DNA of 64,000 nt from an uncultured virus (IMG/VR IMGVR_UViG_3300027563_000599) (lineage: Duplodnaviria > Heunggongvirae > Uroviricota > Caudoviricetes). The position numbers were made by a program, and so were the translations under genes. How positions within the stretch are numbered: the first letter of the stretch is position 1; each line of letters begins with the position of its first letter. Location of the stretch: IMG/VR virus record IMGVR_UViG_3300027563_000599; one strand, written 5' to 3'. This document shows positions 24,723 through 34,308 of the stretch, piece after piece. The notes below the pieces were generated by a model. The model did not search any database. It was not told the origin of the DNA and worked only from the letters and a program-made list of their open reading frames with translations.

Positions 24723-25298
24723 ATGTATAAACTTATTCATTTAGATTGGCTGCCGGCAATACCTGAAAATCTGCTAGGGTACAACCTAGACATGGAAGAT
24801 CGTATCATGCTGGCCAACCTACCGCGTATGCTCAAAAAAGACGGTGTTGAATTTGCCGAAGGTGTATTTAGAAAACAACAGGCAGCTCCTGAAATAGAAC
24901 CGTGGTTGAAAGAAAATATTGTAACAGACTGGAAAGAAATGGGTTACATGCGCATGACTGGTGTGCTTGGTCCCCACCTGGATAGAACCAGATTCTACGT
25001 CTTGACCTATATAATCAAGGAAGGCGGTGCAAATGTTGAAACTGTGTATTACGAACCCAAAACCAACCAGCTGGATCTTGGCATGATGGACAGTCGTGTG
25101 GACGACTACGACCAATTGCAAGTGACTGAAAAATTCCATATGAAAGAAGGCAACTGGTACCTGCTGTATGGTAGAGGCGATCTACACAGTGTAGAAGGCT
25201 GCACAGACACTAGAATAACTTTACAAATAAGTTTTGTCCGAGACCCCATTGATGATGGCATAATCAAACACGCCAATCAGAAACAGTTGGCACTGTGA
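24723..25298 (+). CDS. 2OG-Fe(II)/cupin-fold-like protein
   Basis: PHLD...LHSV...R motif; paralog of 26619 and 29401. Confidence 0.55.
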   Translation: MYKLIHLDWLPAIPENLLGYNLDMEDRIMLANLPRMLKKDGVEFAEGVFRKQQAAPEIEPWLKENIVTDWKEMGYMRMTGVLGPHLDRTRFYVLTYIIKEGGANVETVYYEPKTNQLDLGMMDSRVDDYDQLQVTEKFHMKEGNWYLLYGRGDLHSVEGCTDTRITLQISFVRDPIDDGIIKHANQKQLAL

Positions 25299-25616
25299 TG
25301 TTGGCCGCCTGACTAATTGACAAAAATTTTTTGAACTTGTCAGTTGTATAAATAGAAATAGCAGCGCCAGAGTCTCTGACGCCAGAATTGCAAATTGACG
25401 CTTGACATAGTGATGTCTTTACTGTTATACTATAACATAACGCCGATACCTGTAAGTAGAGTTCTTCTACAAGCTACCCCAAAACGTTATTTAATGAATC
25501 ACTTCATTTTAAAATGAGGTCGCGATCAAAATTTTTGCAACATTGCAATAAAGTATCAGTCAGCGGCCGCTTTTGAAATTGAAGTAAATGTGAAATATTT
25601 TTTAAGGTAATCTTAT

Positions 25617-26579
25617 ATGAAAAAAATTATTGCGGCATTTGCTATTGCAGCCGCTACAACATCTGTATTTGCTGAATCACCTGTTAAGTTCAGCGGCCGG
25701 GCCGAGATTGGAGCATATAATCCAATAGCTTCAGACAAGTCAAACACAATTGACCAAGTGGGAAACGCTCGTACGTTCTTGGCACTGGAAGCCAAAGAAG
25801 ACCTAGGTGCGGGCACAACAGTGGGATTTGATGCACAGTCTCGTTTCAAAATAGCCAATGGTAATTCAAGCTACGGCGAAAACATATTTGAACGCACCAG
25901 ACTTTGGATTGACTCTCCATACGGTAAACTCAGCGCCGGCAAGTACACAACAAATCTAGGTTCGGCTATTTTTTGGACTAGTCCGCTTAGAGATGATGGT
26001 GCATTGGCATCTCACGCAACTATGGCTTTTCCTCGACAAGCAGGTCAAGTGTCTTATTCAACTCCGAGAATCGCCGGCTTCCAGTTTGAAACAGTGCGAG
26101 CTTACAACGATCAACAAGTTTCTTCAACCAGTGTGGTAACTCCCACTCCAGGCGGCCACAACCTAACACAAAACTCATTGACCTATGTGAACTTGCCATT
26201 TAGAGCATATTATGGCCAAACCAACAACTATGCTGTGGTACAACAGACCAACCAACAATTCGGTGCTGTATACGATTTTGGTAAATTTTTGCTCATGACC
26301 GCACGAAGCGTAGACAGCAACGGTATTGTTTCCAGACTAAGTGGCGTAAAAGATGATGTATTAACTTCATTCGGTGCTCAGACCAAGTACAATCAATTTG
26401 AGTTTGGCATTGCCACTCTTTCTTCCGAACAGAGCGCTTTTCAACGCAACACTGTGTCTGCACACTATGTGCTGAGCAAACGCACCAGGATCATAACACA
26501 GGTGGCCAAGTCCAGTGGTCATGTTACCAAAACATCCAATGGTGTTGGCACATATTTTGCGTTGGCACACACATTCTGA
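25617..26579 (+). CDS. Gram-negative trimeric porin (Betaproteobacteria-type)
   Basis: Signal peptide, EDLGAG, YSTP, LSKRT, C-terminal HTF. Confidence 0.85.
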   Translation: MKKIIAAFAIAAATTSVFAESPVKFSGRAEIGAYNPIASDKSNTIDQVGNARTFLALEAKEDLGAGTTVGFDAQSRFKIANGNSSYGENIFERTRLWIDSPYGKLSAGKYTTNLGSAIFWTSPLRDDGALASHATMAFPRQAGQVSYSTPRIAGFQFETVRAYNDQQVSSTSVVTPTPGGHNLTQNSLTYVNLPFRAYYGQTNNYAVVQQTNQQFGAVYDFGKFLLMTARSVDSNGIVSRLSGVKDDVLTSFGAQTKYNQFEFGIATLSSEQSAFQRNTVSAHYVLSKRTRIITQVAKSSGHVTKTSNGVGTYFALAHTF

Positions 26580-26618
26580 TCTGCCGATCTAACTTGCAAA
26601 CTCAAAGGACATATATCA

Positions 26619-27266
26619 ATGGCACCATTGTTTACTTGGATTCCAATGCCGCACTTGCCGACTGTTCCTGAACATTTCATTGCCGAGGCACGGCGTGTTG
26701 CTCGTCCAAAAATAAATCATGATGAATACTCTCAGATACAGAAAGGTTACCACACCGGAACTTATCTGCATCGAAAGATCACTGTCAAAGGCAACACAGT
26801 GACAACTAGACATCAGCAGGCATTTGAGATGAGTCCCGAGTGGACCCAATGGTGTCAAGAAAATATATTTCCCAATTTTCGCGAAACCACAGTTCGTATC
26901 AGTGTAGGCGACAGTGACACTCACGGTGCGCATGTGGACAAGCCTGGAAAAATACGACTGTTTTATCTAATTGACCGTGGCAGTGATTCTGCAGAAACAG
27001 TGTTTTATCACAAGCCCGGTAAGCCGGTGGTTTACAACATGCAAGACTATCAAGCAGCAGATCCCATTTACGAATTGGATCATGACCAATTGATTGAACT
27101 AGAGCGTGTGCAATTCCCCGTGGCACAATGGGTGTTGTTCAATGGATGCATTTTGCATTCTGTGGAAAAAAACATCGGTGCCAGATTGAATCTCACTGTG
27201 GATATTGATCCTTCCGCATTGCAGTTTCATGTTATCCCTAACCTAAAGGAAAGTATAAATGTTTAA
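26619..27266 (+). CDS. 2OG-Fe(II)/cupin-fold-like protein
   Basis: AHVD...LHSV...R. Confidence 0.55.
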   Translation: MAPLFTWIPMPHLPTVPEHFIAEARRVARPKINHDEYSQIQKGYHTGTYLHRKITVKGNTVTTRHQQAFEMSPEWTQWCQENIFPNFRETTVRISVGDSDTHGAHVDKPGKIRLFYLIDRGSDSAETVFYHKPGKPVVYNMQDYQAADPIYELDHDQLIELERVQFPVAQWVLFNGCILHSVEKNIGARLNLTVDIDPSALQFHVIPNLKESINV

Positions 27267-28248
27267 AAAATTAATTTTTATTGCTGGTATGATTTTGTCA
27301 GTTGGCTCTTGGGCCAACAGCACAGTCCCTCCAATGCCCCCGGAACTTGTAGACAAAACTATCAAGGTCATAGTCTGTAGAGCAGCTGGTGCCCAAACAG
27401 ATGTCACACAACGATTTATCTTGGAGCAGGTTAAACAATTGACTGGGTTGAAATTTATTGTTGTCAATCAGCCTGGTGCGCAAGGTCTCATTGCTGCTCG
27501 AGAAGTAGTAGGCAGTACGCCAAATGGTCTCACACTGTTTGCCGGAGACAACACCAATCATGTGATCAATCCAGTGATTCCCCCAATAGGAGCGGTGGAC
27601 ATGAACCTGTTGCCGGCAATTGCTATTCATGTGTTTAGTCCGCAATTTTTCTATGTCAGCGCCAAGAGCAATATCTATACTCTTGATGATCTTGCCAATG
27701 CTGCCACCAATGCTGCCAAGAAAAACAAACAGTTCAATGCTGGACACCCCACAGTTCATTCTATGTTGATTCAATCTGAATTTTTTGCAAAGAATGGTGT
27801 CGACAATGTTAATTTTGTGCCCTACACAAGAGCCACAGAGATGCCTATTCAGATCGATCTGGGAGATCTTGACGTGTATTTGAGCTCAGGTGCCGACAAC
27901 AAACAGTTTGTTGACAAAGGTATTTTGAGAGCAGTGGGCACCAGTTGGAATACTAGCTTGCCCATTTATCCCAATGCTCAGCCAATTGCCACACACCTTC
28001 CTGGCTTTAAATCAAATCAACAGCAGTTGATTGCTGTTCACCAAGATACTCCGAAACACATCAAAGAATACTACAACAAGATATTTAGAATTGCAGCAAA
28101 CACTGTGGAAAGTCAGGAACGTTGGAAGATGTTTAGTTTAATGTCGGGACACGATCTTGATATCAATGCTGTGCAAAAAGTCATTGAACAAGAAAGAGAT
28201 GCAACTCGTCGCATGCATGATAGAATACAAAAACTAAAGAAAGACTAA
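27259..28248 (+). CDS. Tripartite tricarboxylate transporter substrate-binding protein (Bug/TctC-like)
   Basis: Signal peptide, AAGAQTD, VVNQPGAQGLIA, PNGLTL, VPY. Confidence 0.78.
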   Translation: MFKKLIFIAGMILSVGSWANSTVPPMPPELVDKTIKVIVCRAAGAQTDVTQRFILEQVKQLTGLKFIVVNQPGAQGLIAAREVVGSTPNGLTLFAGDNTNHVINPVIPPIGAVDMNLLPAIAIHVFSPQFFYVSAKSNIYTLDDLANAATNAAKKNKQFNAGHPTVHSMLIQSEFFAKNGVDNVNFVPYTRATEMPIQIDLGDLDVYLSSGADNKQFVDKGILRAVGTSWNTSLPIYPNAQPIATHLPGFKSNQQQLIAVHQDTPKHIKEYYNKIFRIAANTVESQERWKMFSLMSGHDLDINAVQKVIEQERDATRRMHDRIQKLKKD

Positions 28249-28251
28249 TCC

Positions 28252-29391
28252 ATGTTACCAGGTGCATATGATACACACGACAGCTATTGGTCAGTCGACG
28301 GGCATGCTACTTACAGCAAACTTGACGCACTGTCTCGTTGCCAGGGCAATATCGGCCGTGTGAAATATCACTGGATGGAAAATACCTGGGATCACGTGGA
28401 TTTTTCTCGTGATCCCATTCAAGACTGGGACACCTTGTGTAGAGCCCGAGCACAACAGATAAGAGACACTCACAAATGGGTCTGTCTTTGGTACAGTGGA
28501 GGATATGACAGTGCTCATATCCTAGAAACATTTATCCAAGCACAGTTGCCAATTGATGAAATTGTTGTGTTTGATCAAACCAGTTATTTTGATGATGGCG
28601 AAGTGGGTGTGGCATTAAAAACTGCACAAAAATACAAGGACACTCACAATGCTCAGGTTGTGATTAATCAACTGGACATTGGATGGGGGTTTATCCAAGA
28701 GCAATTTAAAAAAAATAACTGGATTGATCAACCCGGAGACAACACTCGTTTCACAAGATCTTATTGGGGAGCCAGGCGTGATCATGCATTGACTAATAAT
28801 CAGATTACTGATCGTGCTGATGTGGTTGGGCACGAAAAGCCCCGGCTAGATATCTACCAAGGTCAATGGAGAACCTTCATGCCAGACTCATTGGTGGGTC
28901 TGACTTCCGGATCGGGCATCACACAATTTTATACCAGCCATCAATTTCCTGAACTGCATGTTAAACAAGTACACATGGCCATTGATTTTTTTGAAAATAA
29001 AAAAATAAACACGCCTGAATTGATTCACAAATTTCAAAGTTTTACATTTGGCGACAACTCTTTTTATCAGTTGTCAGGGCCCGTCAAAAGCTATTATCTT
29101 GATTGGAATCTAGCACTGGGACGCCGACTACCGATTCACATGGCCAGTATTCTCGGCAGTCAAAAATCCAGTGCAGTGCATACCGACGTCACTGCACCAA
29201 AAGATCGAAAAGTATTGCTGCATGCAAAACAGTCTGAATCATTGGCATTTGATCGATATCAACAAGGCATCAATGATATAAATTCAATTTTTAAAGATTG
29301 GCGACCCTGGTCCACTACAGATGGACAGAAAAAATTGCCAACCATTTGCAGCAAATTCTATGCTGTGGAACCAGTGAAATTAACTACCTAA
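28252..29391 (+). CDS. PP-loop (adenine nucleotide alpha-hydrolase) family protein
   Basis: RAQQIRD...LWYSGGYDS. Confidence 0.55.
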   Translation: MLPGAYDTHDSYWSVDGHATYSKLDALSRCQGNIGRVKYHWMENTWDHVDFSRDPIQDWDTLCRARAQQIRDTHKWVCLWYSGGYDSAHILETFIQAQLPIDEIVVFDQTSYFDDGEVGVALKTAQKYKDTHNAQVVINQLDIGWGFIQEQFKKNNWIDQPGDNTRFTRSYWGARRDHALTNNQITDRADVVGHEKPRLDIYQGQWRTFMPDSLVGLTSGSGITQFYTSHQFPELHVKQVHMAIDFFENKKINTPELIHKFQSFTFGDNSFYQLSGPVKSYYLDWNLALGRRLPIHMASILGSQKSSAVHTDVTAPKDRKVLLHAKQSESLAFDRYQQGINDINSIFKDWRPWSTTDGQKKLPTICSKFYAVEPVKLTT

Positions 29392-29400
29392 GGAGATCAA

Positions 29401-30003
29401 ATGTTTACTGCAATACCTTTACCAAACTTACCGCAGATACCGCAGGATCTATTGAATTACAAGTTCCAGGATCTTGTGGATTACGAATTCAAGTGTCCTT
29501 GCGAATATCCAGATCAACAGTATCAAAAGGAGCGTGAGGTCAAACACAACGGCGAAATAAAACAGGCTGGCAAATATAGACGCATGAGCCTAGAGACAAA
29601 ACCTTTTTGGAGCAGTGGACCAGATCTTGAACAATGGCTCAAGGAAAATATCATAGACGACTGGCGCGATGTTGGAATCAGTTTCAACGATGGGCCATTG
29701 TTGGCTCCGCACTTAGACCGCACAAGACTGTACACACTACAGTATCTTATCGATGCAGGCGGAGACAATGTACAAACAGTTTTTTACGATGTCAAAAGCA
29801 ATCAAGCTGATTTTGTCACACACTACATGCACATCAACGACTACAACGACTTGGAACCCATTGAACAATTTGTTTTCAAACCAGGAGAATGGTGGTTGAT
29901 ATATGGTCAAACATATCATAGTGTTGTCAACATAGAAGGCACAAGAAATGCTGTTCAAATTGGATTTCTTAAAAATCCCCACAACAAACTTAAAGACAAA
30001 TAA
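29401..30003 (+). CDS. 2OG-Fe(II)/cupin-fold-like protein
   Basis: PHLDRTR...YHSV...R; shares WLKENI.DW and GG.NV.TV.Y with 24723. Confidence 0.55.
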   Translation: MFTAIPLPNLPQIPQDLLNYKFQDLVDYEFKCPCEYPDQQYQKEREVKHNGEIKQAGKYRRMSLETKPFWSSGPDLEQWLKENIIDDWRDVGISFNDGPLLAPHLDRTRLYTLQYLIDAGGDNVQTVFYDVKSNQADFVTHYMHINDYNDLEPIEQFVFKPGEWWLIYGQTYHSVVNIEGTRNAVQIGFLKNPHNKLKDK

Positions 30004-30043
30004 TTTATTGTGAGTTAACAGTTATGTATAATAAATAATAGTT

Positions 30044-30369
30044 ATTGCTGTATGAAGCCGATAAAAATGGATTCAAGACGCGGGTTCGACTCCCGCCACC
30101 TCCACCTAAGTGTATAAGGTATATTTAGGTGGGGGTGACCAGGTTATCGATTGGGTCAGAAGTATTGAAGTGGACAGCTCGGCAAGGTAGAAGCCGTAGG
30201 ATTGGGGCAACCCGGTCGAAGACACAAAAAACGTAAATGCAAACGCAAATACAGGCGAAGTAACTGTTTCAGGCAAGAGCGTCAAGTTCTCTGCTCGTTC
30301 AGTGAAAGCCGAATCTTTCGCAGTCTAACCACTGGCGTAGGGTAAGACATACCTCGTAACAGAAACTCA
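30044..30369 (+). ncRNA. ssrA: Circularly permuted (two-piece) tmRNA
   Basis: GACGCGGGTTCGACTCCCGCCACCTCCA acceptor piece precedes GGGGGTGAC..TCGA coding piece (G3:U70); resume codon after GTAAAT; tag ANANTGEVTVSGKSVKFSARSVKAESFAV* (30239-30328). Confidence 0.85.
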
Positions 30370-30392
30370 GAACCCGCTTCGGCGGGTTTCTC
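30370..30392 (+). terminator. Intrinsic terminator after tmRNA
   Basis: AACCCGC-TTCG-GCGGGTT hairpin. Confidence 0.75.
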
Positions 30393-30531
30393 TATTGATT
30401 TTGCCTATAGACATCATTAAAATATATTTGACAAGAATCCAACAAAGTCGTTGACTTGATTGATATATACTGGTATAATAACGTATCAGTGTTTACACTG
30501 AGATAGATTTCATTTTTAACAGGAGAAACAT

Positions 30532-31092
30532 ATGAAAACAGTTGGTGATAAATTGACCCCATTCGCAGTCACAGGCGTCAAGCCCGGACAGCCAGAAGAT
30601 GCCTTCTACACAATTACAGAAAAGAGTTTTGAAGGCAAGTGGAAAGTAATCGTTTACTATCCAAAAGATTTTACATTTGTATGCCCTACAGAAATTGTGG
30701 CCTACGACAAGTTGGCTGGTGACTTTGCTGATCGTGACGCAGTTCTACTGACAGGCAGCACAGACAACGAGTTCTGTAAAGTGGCATGGCAAAAGAGCCA
30801 CGATGACTTGCGTAAGATCACACACCACCAGTTTGCTGACACAGCCCGCCACCAACCTGGTGAAGAACGCGGTGGTGTAAGTTTGATTGAACAACTGGGC
30901 GTGTTCTATGCTCCAGCCGGTGCCGCACTTCGCGCCACATTCATTGTGGACCCAGACAACGTTATCCAACATGTTACTGTGAACAACTTGAACGTTGGCC
31001 GTAGTCCAGAGGAAACACTTCGTGTATTAGATGCGCTACAAACTGGCGAACTATGTGCATGTAACCGTACAGTGGGCGGTGAGACTCTATAA
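30532..31092 (+). CDS. ahpC: Peroxiredoxin (alkyl hydroperoxide reductase C)
   Basis: YPKDFTFVCPTE, GRSPEE.LR.LDALQ. Confidence 0.93.
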   Translation: MKTVGDKLTPFAVTGVKPGQPEDAFYTITEKSFEGKWKVIVYYPKDFTFVCPTEIVAYDKLAGDFADRDAVLLTGSTDNEFCKVAWQKSHDDLRKITHHQFADTARHQPGEERGGVSLIEQLGVFYAPAGAALRATFIVDPDNVIQHVTVNNLNVGRSPEETLRVLDALQTGELCACNRTVGGETL

Positions 31093-31173
31093 CCAATTTG
31101 GTTAAAACGGAGTTGACAATAACAGCAATATCTGTTACAATTAACACATTTGTCAACTCCCATTAGGAATATC

Positions 31174-31605
31174 ATGTTCAGTGTACTAAAATTTATCTAT
31201 ATCTTGTTTAAGGCTTTCAGAGACGGACTCAATCCCAATCTCAACAGTCTGCGCTATGCTCCTACCTATTTGAAATATTTCACCAGTATTATGTTGGCCT
31301 GTTTTTGGTGCCTGGCATTTGGTCTTTACATTGGTGAATTATTGACCATTGGCTACAACATGATTGGACACATTGCACTGATCACCATGGCGTTCAGCAC
31401 TGGTTATATCATGCAGTTGTTCAAGAAAACATATGGTCCCAGACAGGGCACTGTAGAATATCTGCGTATGCCAGATTACAGCAGTCGTTGTGATGAACTC
31501 ACTGAACAACAACGCCTTGCTAAAATCCAAGAATGGAATCAACGCAATGTTTGGAATGATCCCAAGCTGTCTGAAAAAGATAAAGAAGCTCACTACAGTG
31601 CATGA
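31174..31605 (+). CDS. Hypothetical membrane protein
   Basis: Two hydrophobic segments; SD AGGA. Confidence 0.6.
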   Translation: MFSVLKFIYILFKAFRDGLNPNLNSLRYAPTYLKYFTSIMLACFWCLAFGLYIGELLTIGYNMIGHIALITMAFSTGYIMQLFKKTYGPRQGTVEYLRMPDYSSRCDELTEQQRLAKIQEWNQRNVWNDPKLSEKDKEAHYSA

Positions 31606-31692
31606 ATATGACCATTGATGAAATTATTTTTGCCATAGTTATGGTAACCGTAGTGGGCATAGTGCTGTGGGATATGTACAAGGACAAAGAAA

Positions 31693-31824
31693 ATGAACCC
31701 GGAGAATAACGAACCTGAAAAGGATCCAGTGGAAGATGTAGTCAAACACATACACATTGTGATCCCTGTTATGGGAGCAGTGCTGAGTTTTATGCTGGCT
31801 TTCATTGCCATCACAATGGCTTGA
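31693..31824 (+). CDS. Small membrane protein (43 aa)
   Basis: MNPENNEPEKDPVEDVVKHIHIVIPVMGAVLSFMLAFIAITMA*. Confidence 0.5.
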   Translation: MNPENNEPEKDPVEDVVKHIHIVIPVMGAVLSFMLAFIAITMA

Positions 31825-31856
31825 CACTAAGTAATATTTTTAAAAAGGAAAATTGT

Positions 31857-32156
31857 ATGAAAATCTCTATTGTATTAGCACTATTGTGCAGTTTATCTGC
31901 CACTGTCCAGGCACAAGATGCCACACAGGGCAAAGTCAAATACGCTTCATGTGCAGCCTGTCACGGCGCTCAAGGACAGGGCGGAGTTGGACCAAAACTA
32001 CAGGGTCAAAAAGTCGAGGCTGTTGTGAAGAAACTCACTGCCTATAAGAACAAGCAACAGGTCGGACCACAAAGCCAACTCATGTGGGGCATTGCTGGCG
32101 GACTTACTCCTGCTGACATCAACAACATTGCGGCCTACACAGCCACATTGAAGTGA
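31857..32156 (+). CDS. Cytochrome c (c553/c4-like)
   Basis: Signal peptide, CAACH, distal Met. Confidence 0.9.
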   Translation: MKISIVLALLCSLSATVQAQDATQGKVKYASCAACHGAQGQGGVGPKLQGQKVEAVVKKLTAYKNKQQVGPQSQLMWGIAGGLTPADINNIAAYTATLK

Positions 32157-32157
32157 C

Positions 32158-32457
32158 TTGAAATACCTCTTACTTCTTGTTCTGTTGGCAGTTGAACTAG
32201 TAGCGGCGCAGTCAGTCACTGTGGAAAAACCTTTACAGTGTGGTGATACAAAAAGTCTATTTCAGGCCTTGACCGGAGAAGACTACAAAGAAATGCCCAT
32301 ATGGTGGGGCATTGAACCTGCTACTGTGTCAAGATACAGTTTGTTTGTAAACGAACAGACCAAAACATGGACATTAATTCAGTTTGATGAAAACATGGCC
32401 TGTATACTAGGTGTGGGCAATGCCAGTACTCGAATATTTAACGGACCCAAGATATGA
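32158..32457 (+). CDS. Hypothetical secreted protein
   Basis: Signal peptide, two Cys. Confidence 0.6.
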   Translation: MKYLLLLVLLAVELVAAQSVTVEKPLQCGDTKSLFQALTGEDYKEMPIWWGIEPATVSRYSLFVNEQTKTWTLIQFDENMACILGVGNASTRIFNGPKI

Positions 32458-32909
32458 ACGACATCTTTAAAAACTATTGGCAACGATTACCAGATTTAGA
32501 TTGGAGCCATATCCTGTTGAGGATTCCCCTGGCTCTGGTGTTTATCACTCAGGCTCTAAGTAAAATGCCATTTGATGCCGCAGGCGGTGAAGCCTTTGGC
32601 GTACCTGCATTGGTATGGTGGTTTGTGGTATATGGAGAATTTGCCGCAGGCGTGGGCTTGCTGGCAGGTGGCTTGACTACACTGCCACGCATTATCGACA
32701 ATCCGGCAGTGGCAGTGATAGGCGACATGCTGACCCGCTTCAGCGGTATTGTGATGTGCTGTATTGCCACTGGTGTGATATGGACTGTGATCAAACCTGA
32801 AAGTTTATTGGCTTTCATTGTGTCTGATTACCTGCACTTTAGCCTTTGGGCAGGCGGATTGTATTTTGCACTAAGAGGAAACTGGGCAGTGGCAGTGAAC
32901 AAGAAATGA
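32454..32909 (+). CDS. DoxX-family membrane protein
   Basis: LLRIPLALVF...K, GEF..G. Confidence 0.65.
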   Translation: MNDIFKNYWQRLPDLDWSHILLRIPLALVFITQALSKMPFDAAGGEAFGVPALVWWFVVYGEFAAGVGLLAGGLTTLPRIIDNPAVAVIGDMLTRFSGIVMCCIATGVIWTVIKPESLLAFIVSDYLHFSLWAGGLYFALRGNWAVAVNKK

Positions 32910-32918
32910 GAACTCAAC

Positions 32919-33668
32919 ATGGTGTTTGAAGAAACTGTAACTGCGGTGCATCACTGGAGTGATCGGACTTTCAGTTTTAGGACAACCCGCAATGCGGCGT
33001 TTAGATTCAACGCCGGTGAGTTTGTGCTGATTGGCATCACGTACGAAGGAAAACACATAAGAAGAGCCTACAGTATAGTGAGTCCGCCCTGGAGTGAGGA
33101 ACTGGAGTTTCTCAGTATCAAGATAGCCGACGGTGCATTGACTAGCCGATTGCAACATATCAAGCCAGGCGATCAAGTCATTGTTGGTGACAAGCCCACT
33201 GGCACACTGCGAAATGATGCTTTGCTCAAAGGCGGCGAACTGTGGTTGTTAGCCACCGGCACTGGTATTGCTCCGTTTATGAGTCTGGTACAAGATTTAG
33301 AAACTCTAGAAACTTGGTCTCGAATACATTTGGTACACAGCGCACGAGATTCCGTAGACTTAGCATATCAAACGGATTTAATCACTGCTTTCTTAGATCA
33401 CCACAGATCCGGCGAGCTGCATGACACTATCAAAAGTATAGTAAATTATCAACCCTTGGTCACTGGGCAAGGCGATCCTAGAATCACAACTCAACTGACT
33501 TCGGGCGAATTGGCTATCAATACTGCTCAGGACAAGATCATGCTGTGCGGCAACATGACATTCAACAAAGAAGTTATAGCATGGTGCGAACAGCAGGGTA
33601 TGGTAGAAGGCAGCCTACGCGAACCAGGTCAATATGTAGTTGAACGAGCGTTTGTAGAAGCAGTATGA
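32919..33668 (+). CDS. fpr: Ferredoxin-NADP+ reductase
   Basis: RAYS, GALTSRL, TGTGIAPF, MLCG, ERAFVE. Confidence 0.92.
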   Translation: MVFEETVTAVHHWSDRTFSFRTTRNAAFRFNAGEFVLIGITYEGKHIRRAYSIVSPPWSEELEFLSIKIADGALTSRLQHIKPGDQVIVGDKPTGTLRNDALLKGGELWLLATGTGIAPFMSLVQDLETLETWSRIHLVHSARDSVDLAYQTDLITAFLDHHRSGELHDTIKSIVNYQPLVTGQGDPRITTQLTSGELAINTAQDKIMLCGNMTFNKEVIAWCEQQGMVEGSLREPGQYVVERAFVEAV

Positions 33669-33681
33669 TTAAAAACAGTGT

Positions 33682-33900
33682 ATGAACATAATTAAATGGG
33701 TGTGCTTTAGCATCATGCTGGCAGGAGCCATAGTGGTCAGTTTCAATCTAGATCCCATCGTAGGTATCATATTGTTGTTTGCAGGCAATGCCGCTTGGCT
33801 GGCCACTGCGGTGCGTACAAAAGATTGGCCTAGTGCCGCAAACTTTGCCATGTTGGCCACAGTGTGGTTTCTTGGTATTGTACAATATTATAAAGGATAA
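33682..33900 (+). CDS. Small membrane protein
   Basis: Three hydrophobic segments. Confidence 0.55.
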   Translation: MNIIKWVCFSIMLAGAIVVSFNLDPIVGIILLFAGNAAWLATAVRTKDWPSAANFAMLATVWFLGIVQYYKG

Positions 33901-33907
33901 TCGTGAT

Positions 33908-34306
33908 ATGAAATTATGGAAAAACATTGACATTGCAATCTTAGACAGTTTGCCCAACACTGCGGTTGGATACGAGCAAAGAATTACCATTCCTGAATTT
34001 ACTTTTTTAGGCAAGCACGATCAACCAGATTTTGGCAGTATCAAGTTGTGGTTTTATGGCCAAGACAAAACTATTGAATTAAAAAGTTTAAAAAATTATC
34101 TTTTTCAATATCGAGATACCGTGATAAGTTATGAGAGATGCATAGATGTATTATACAAACATCTTATGGAGACCTATCAACCTGTGCGTCTGCGTGTTCA
34201 AATAGATTTTAGACCTAGAGGTGGAATCAGCAGTTGTATGACTGCCGACAGTGATTGGGGCCACTTAGGAGGTACTGATAAGTTATGGCAAGACCACAAG
34301 GAATAA
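33908..34306 (+). CDS. QueF-like T-fold protein lacking the catalytic Cys
   Basis: [32 protein letters not shown]. Confidence 0.75.
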   Translation: MKLWKNIDIAILDSLPNTAVGYEQRITIPEFTFLGKHDQPDFGSIKLWFYGQDKTIELKSLKNYLFQYRDTVISYERCIDVLYKHLMETYQPVRLRVQIDFRPRGGISSCMTADSDWGHLGGTDKLWQDHKE

Positions 34307-34308
34307 CA

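Noticed and set aside
25300..25616. Known riboswitch upstream of the porin
   Set aside because: Some short inverted repeats, but no recognisable aptamer consensus; only a promoter-like TTGACA-N18-TATACT is supportable.
28252..29391. queC
   Set aside because: Has an SGGxDS PP-loop but no C-terminal zinc-binding Cys cluster or other QueC motifs.
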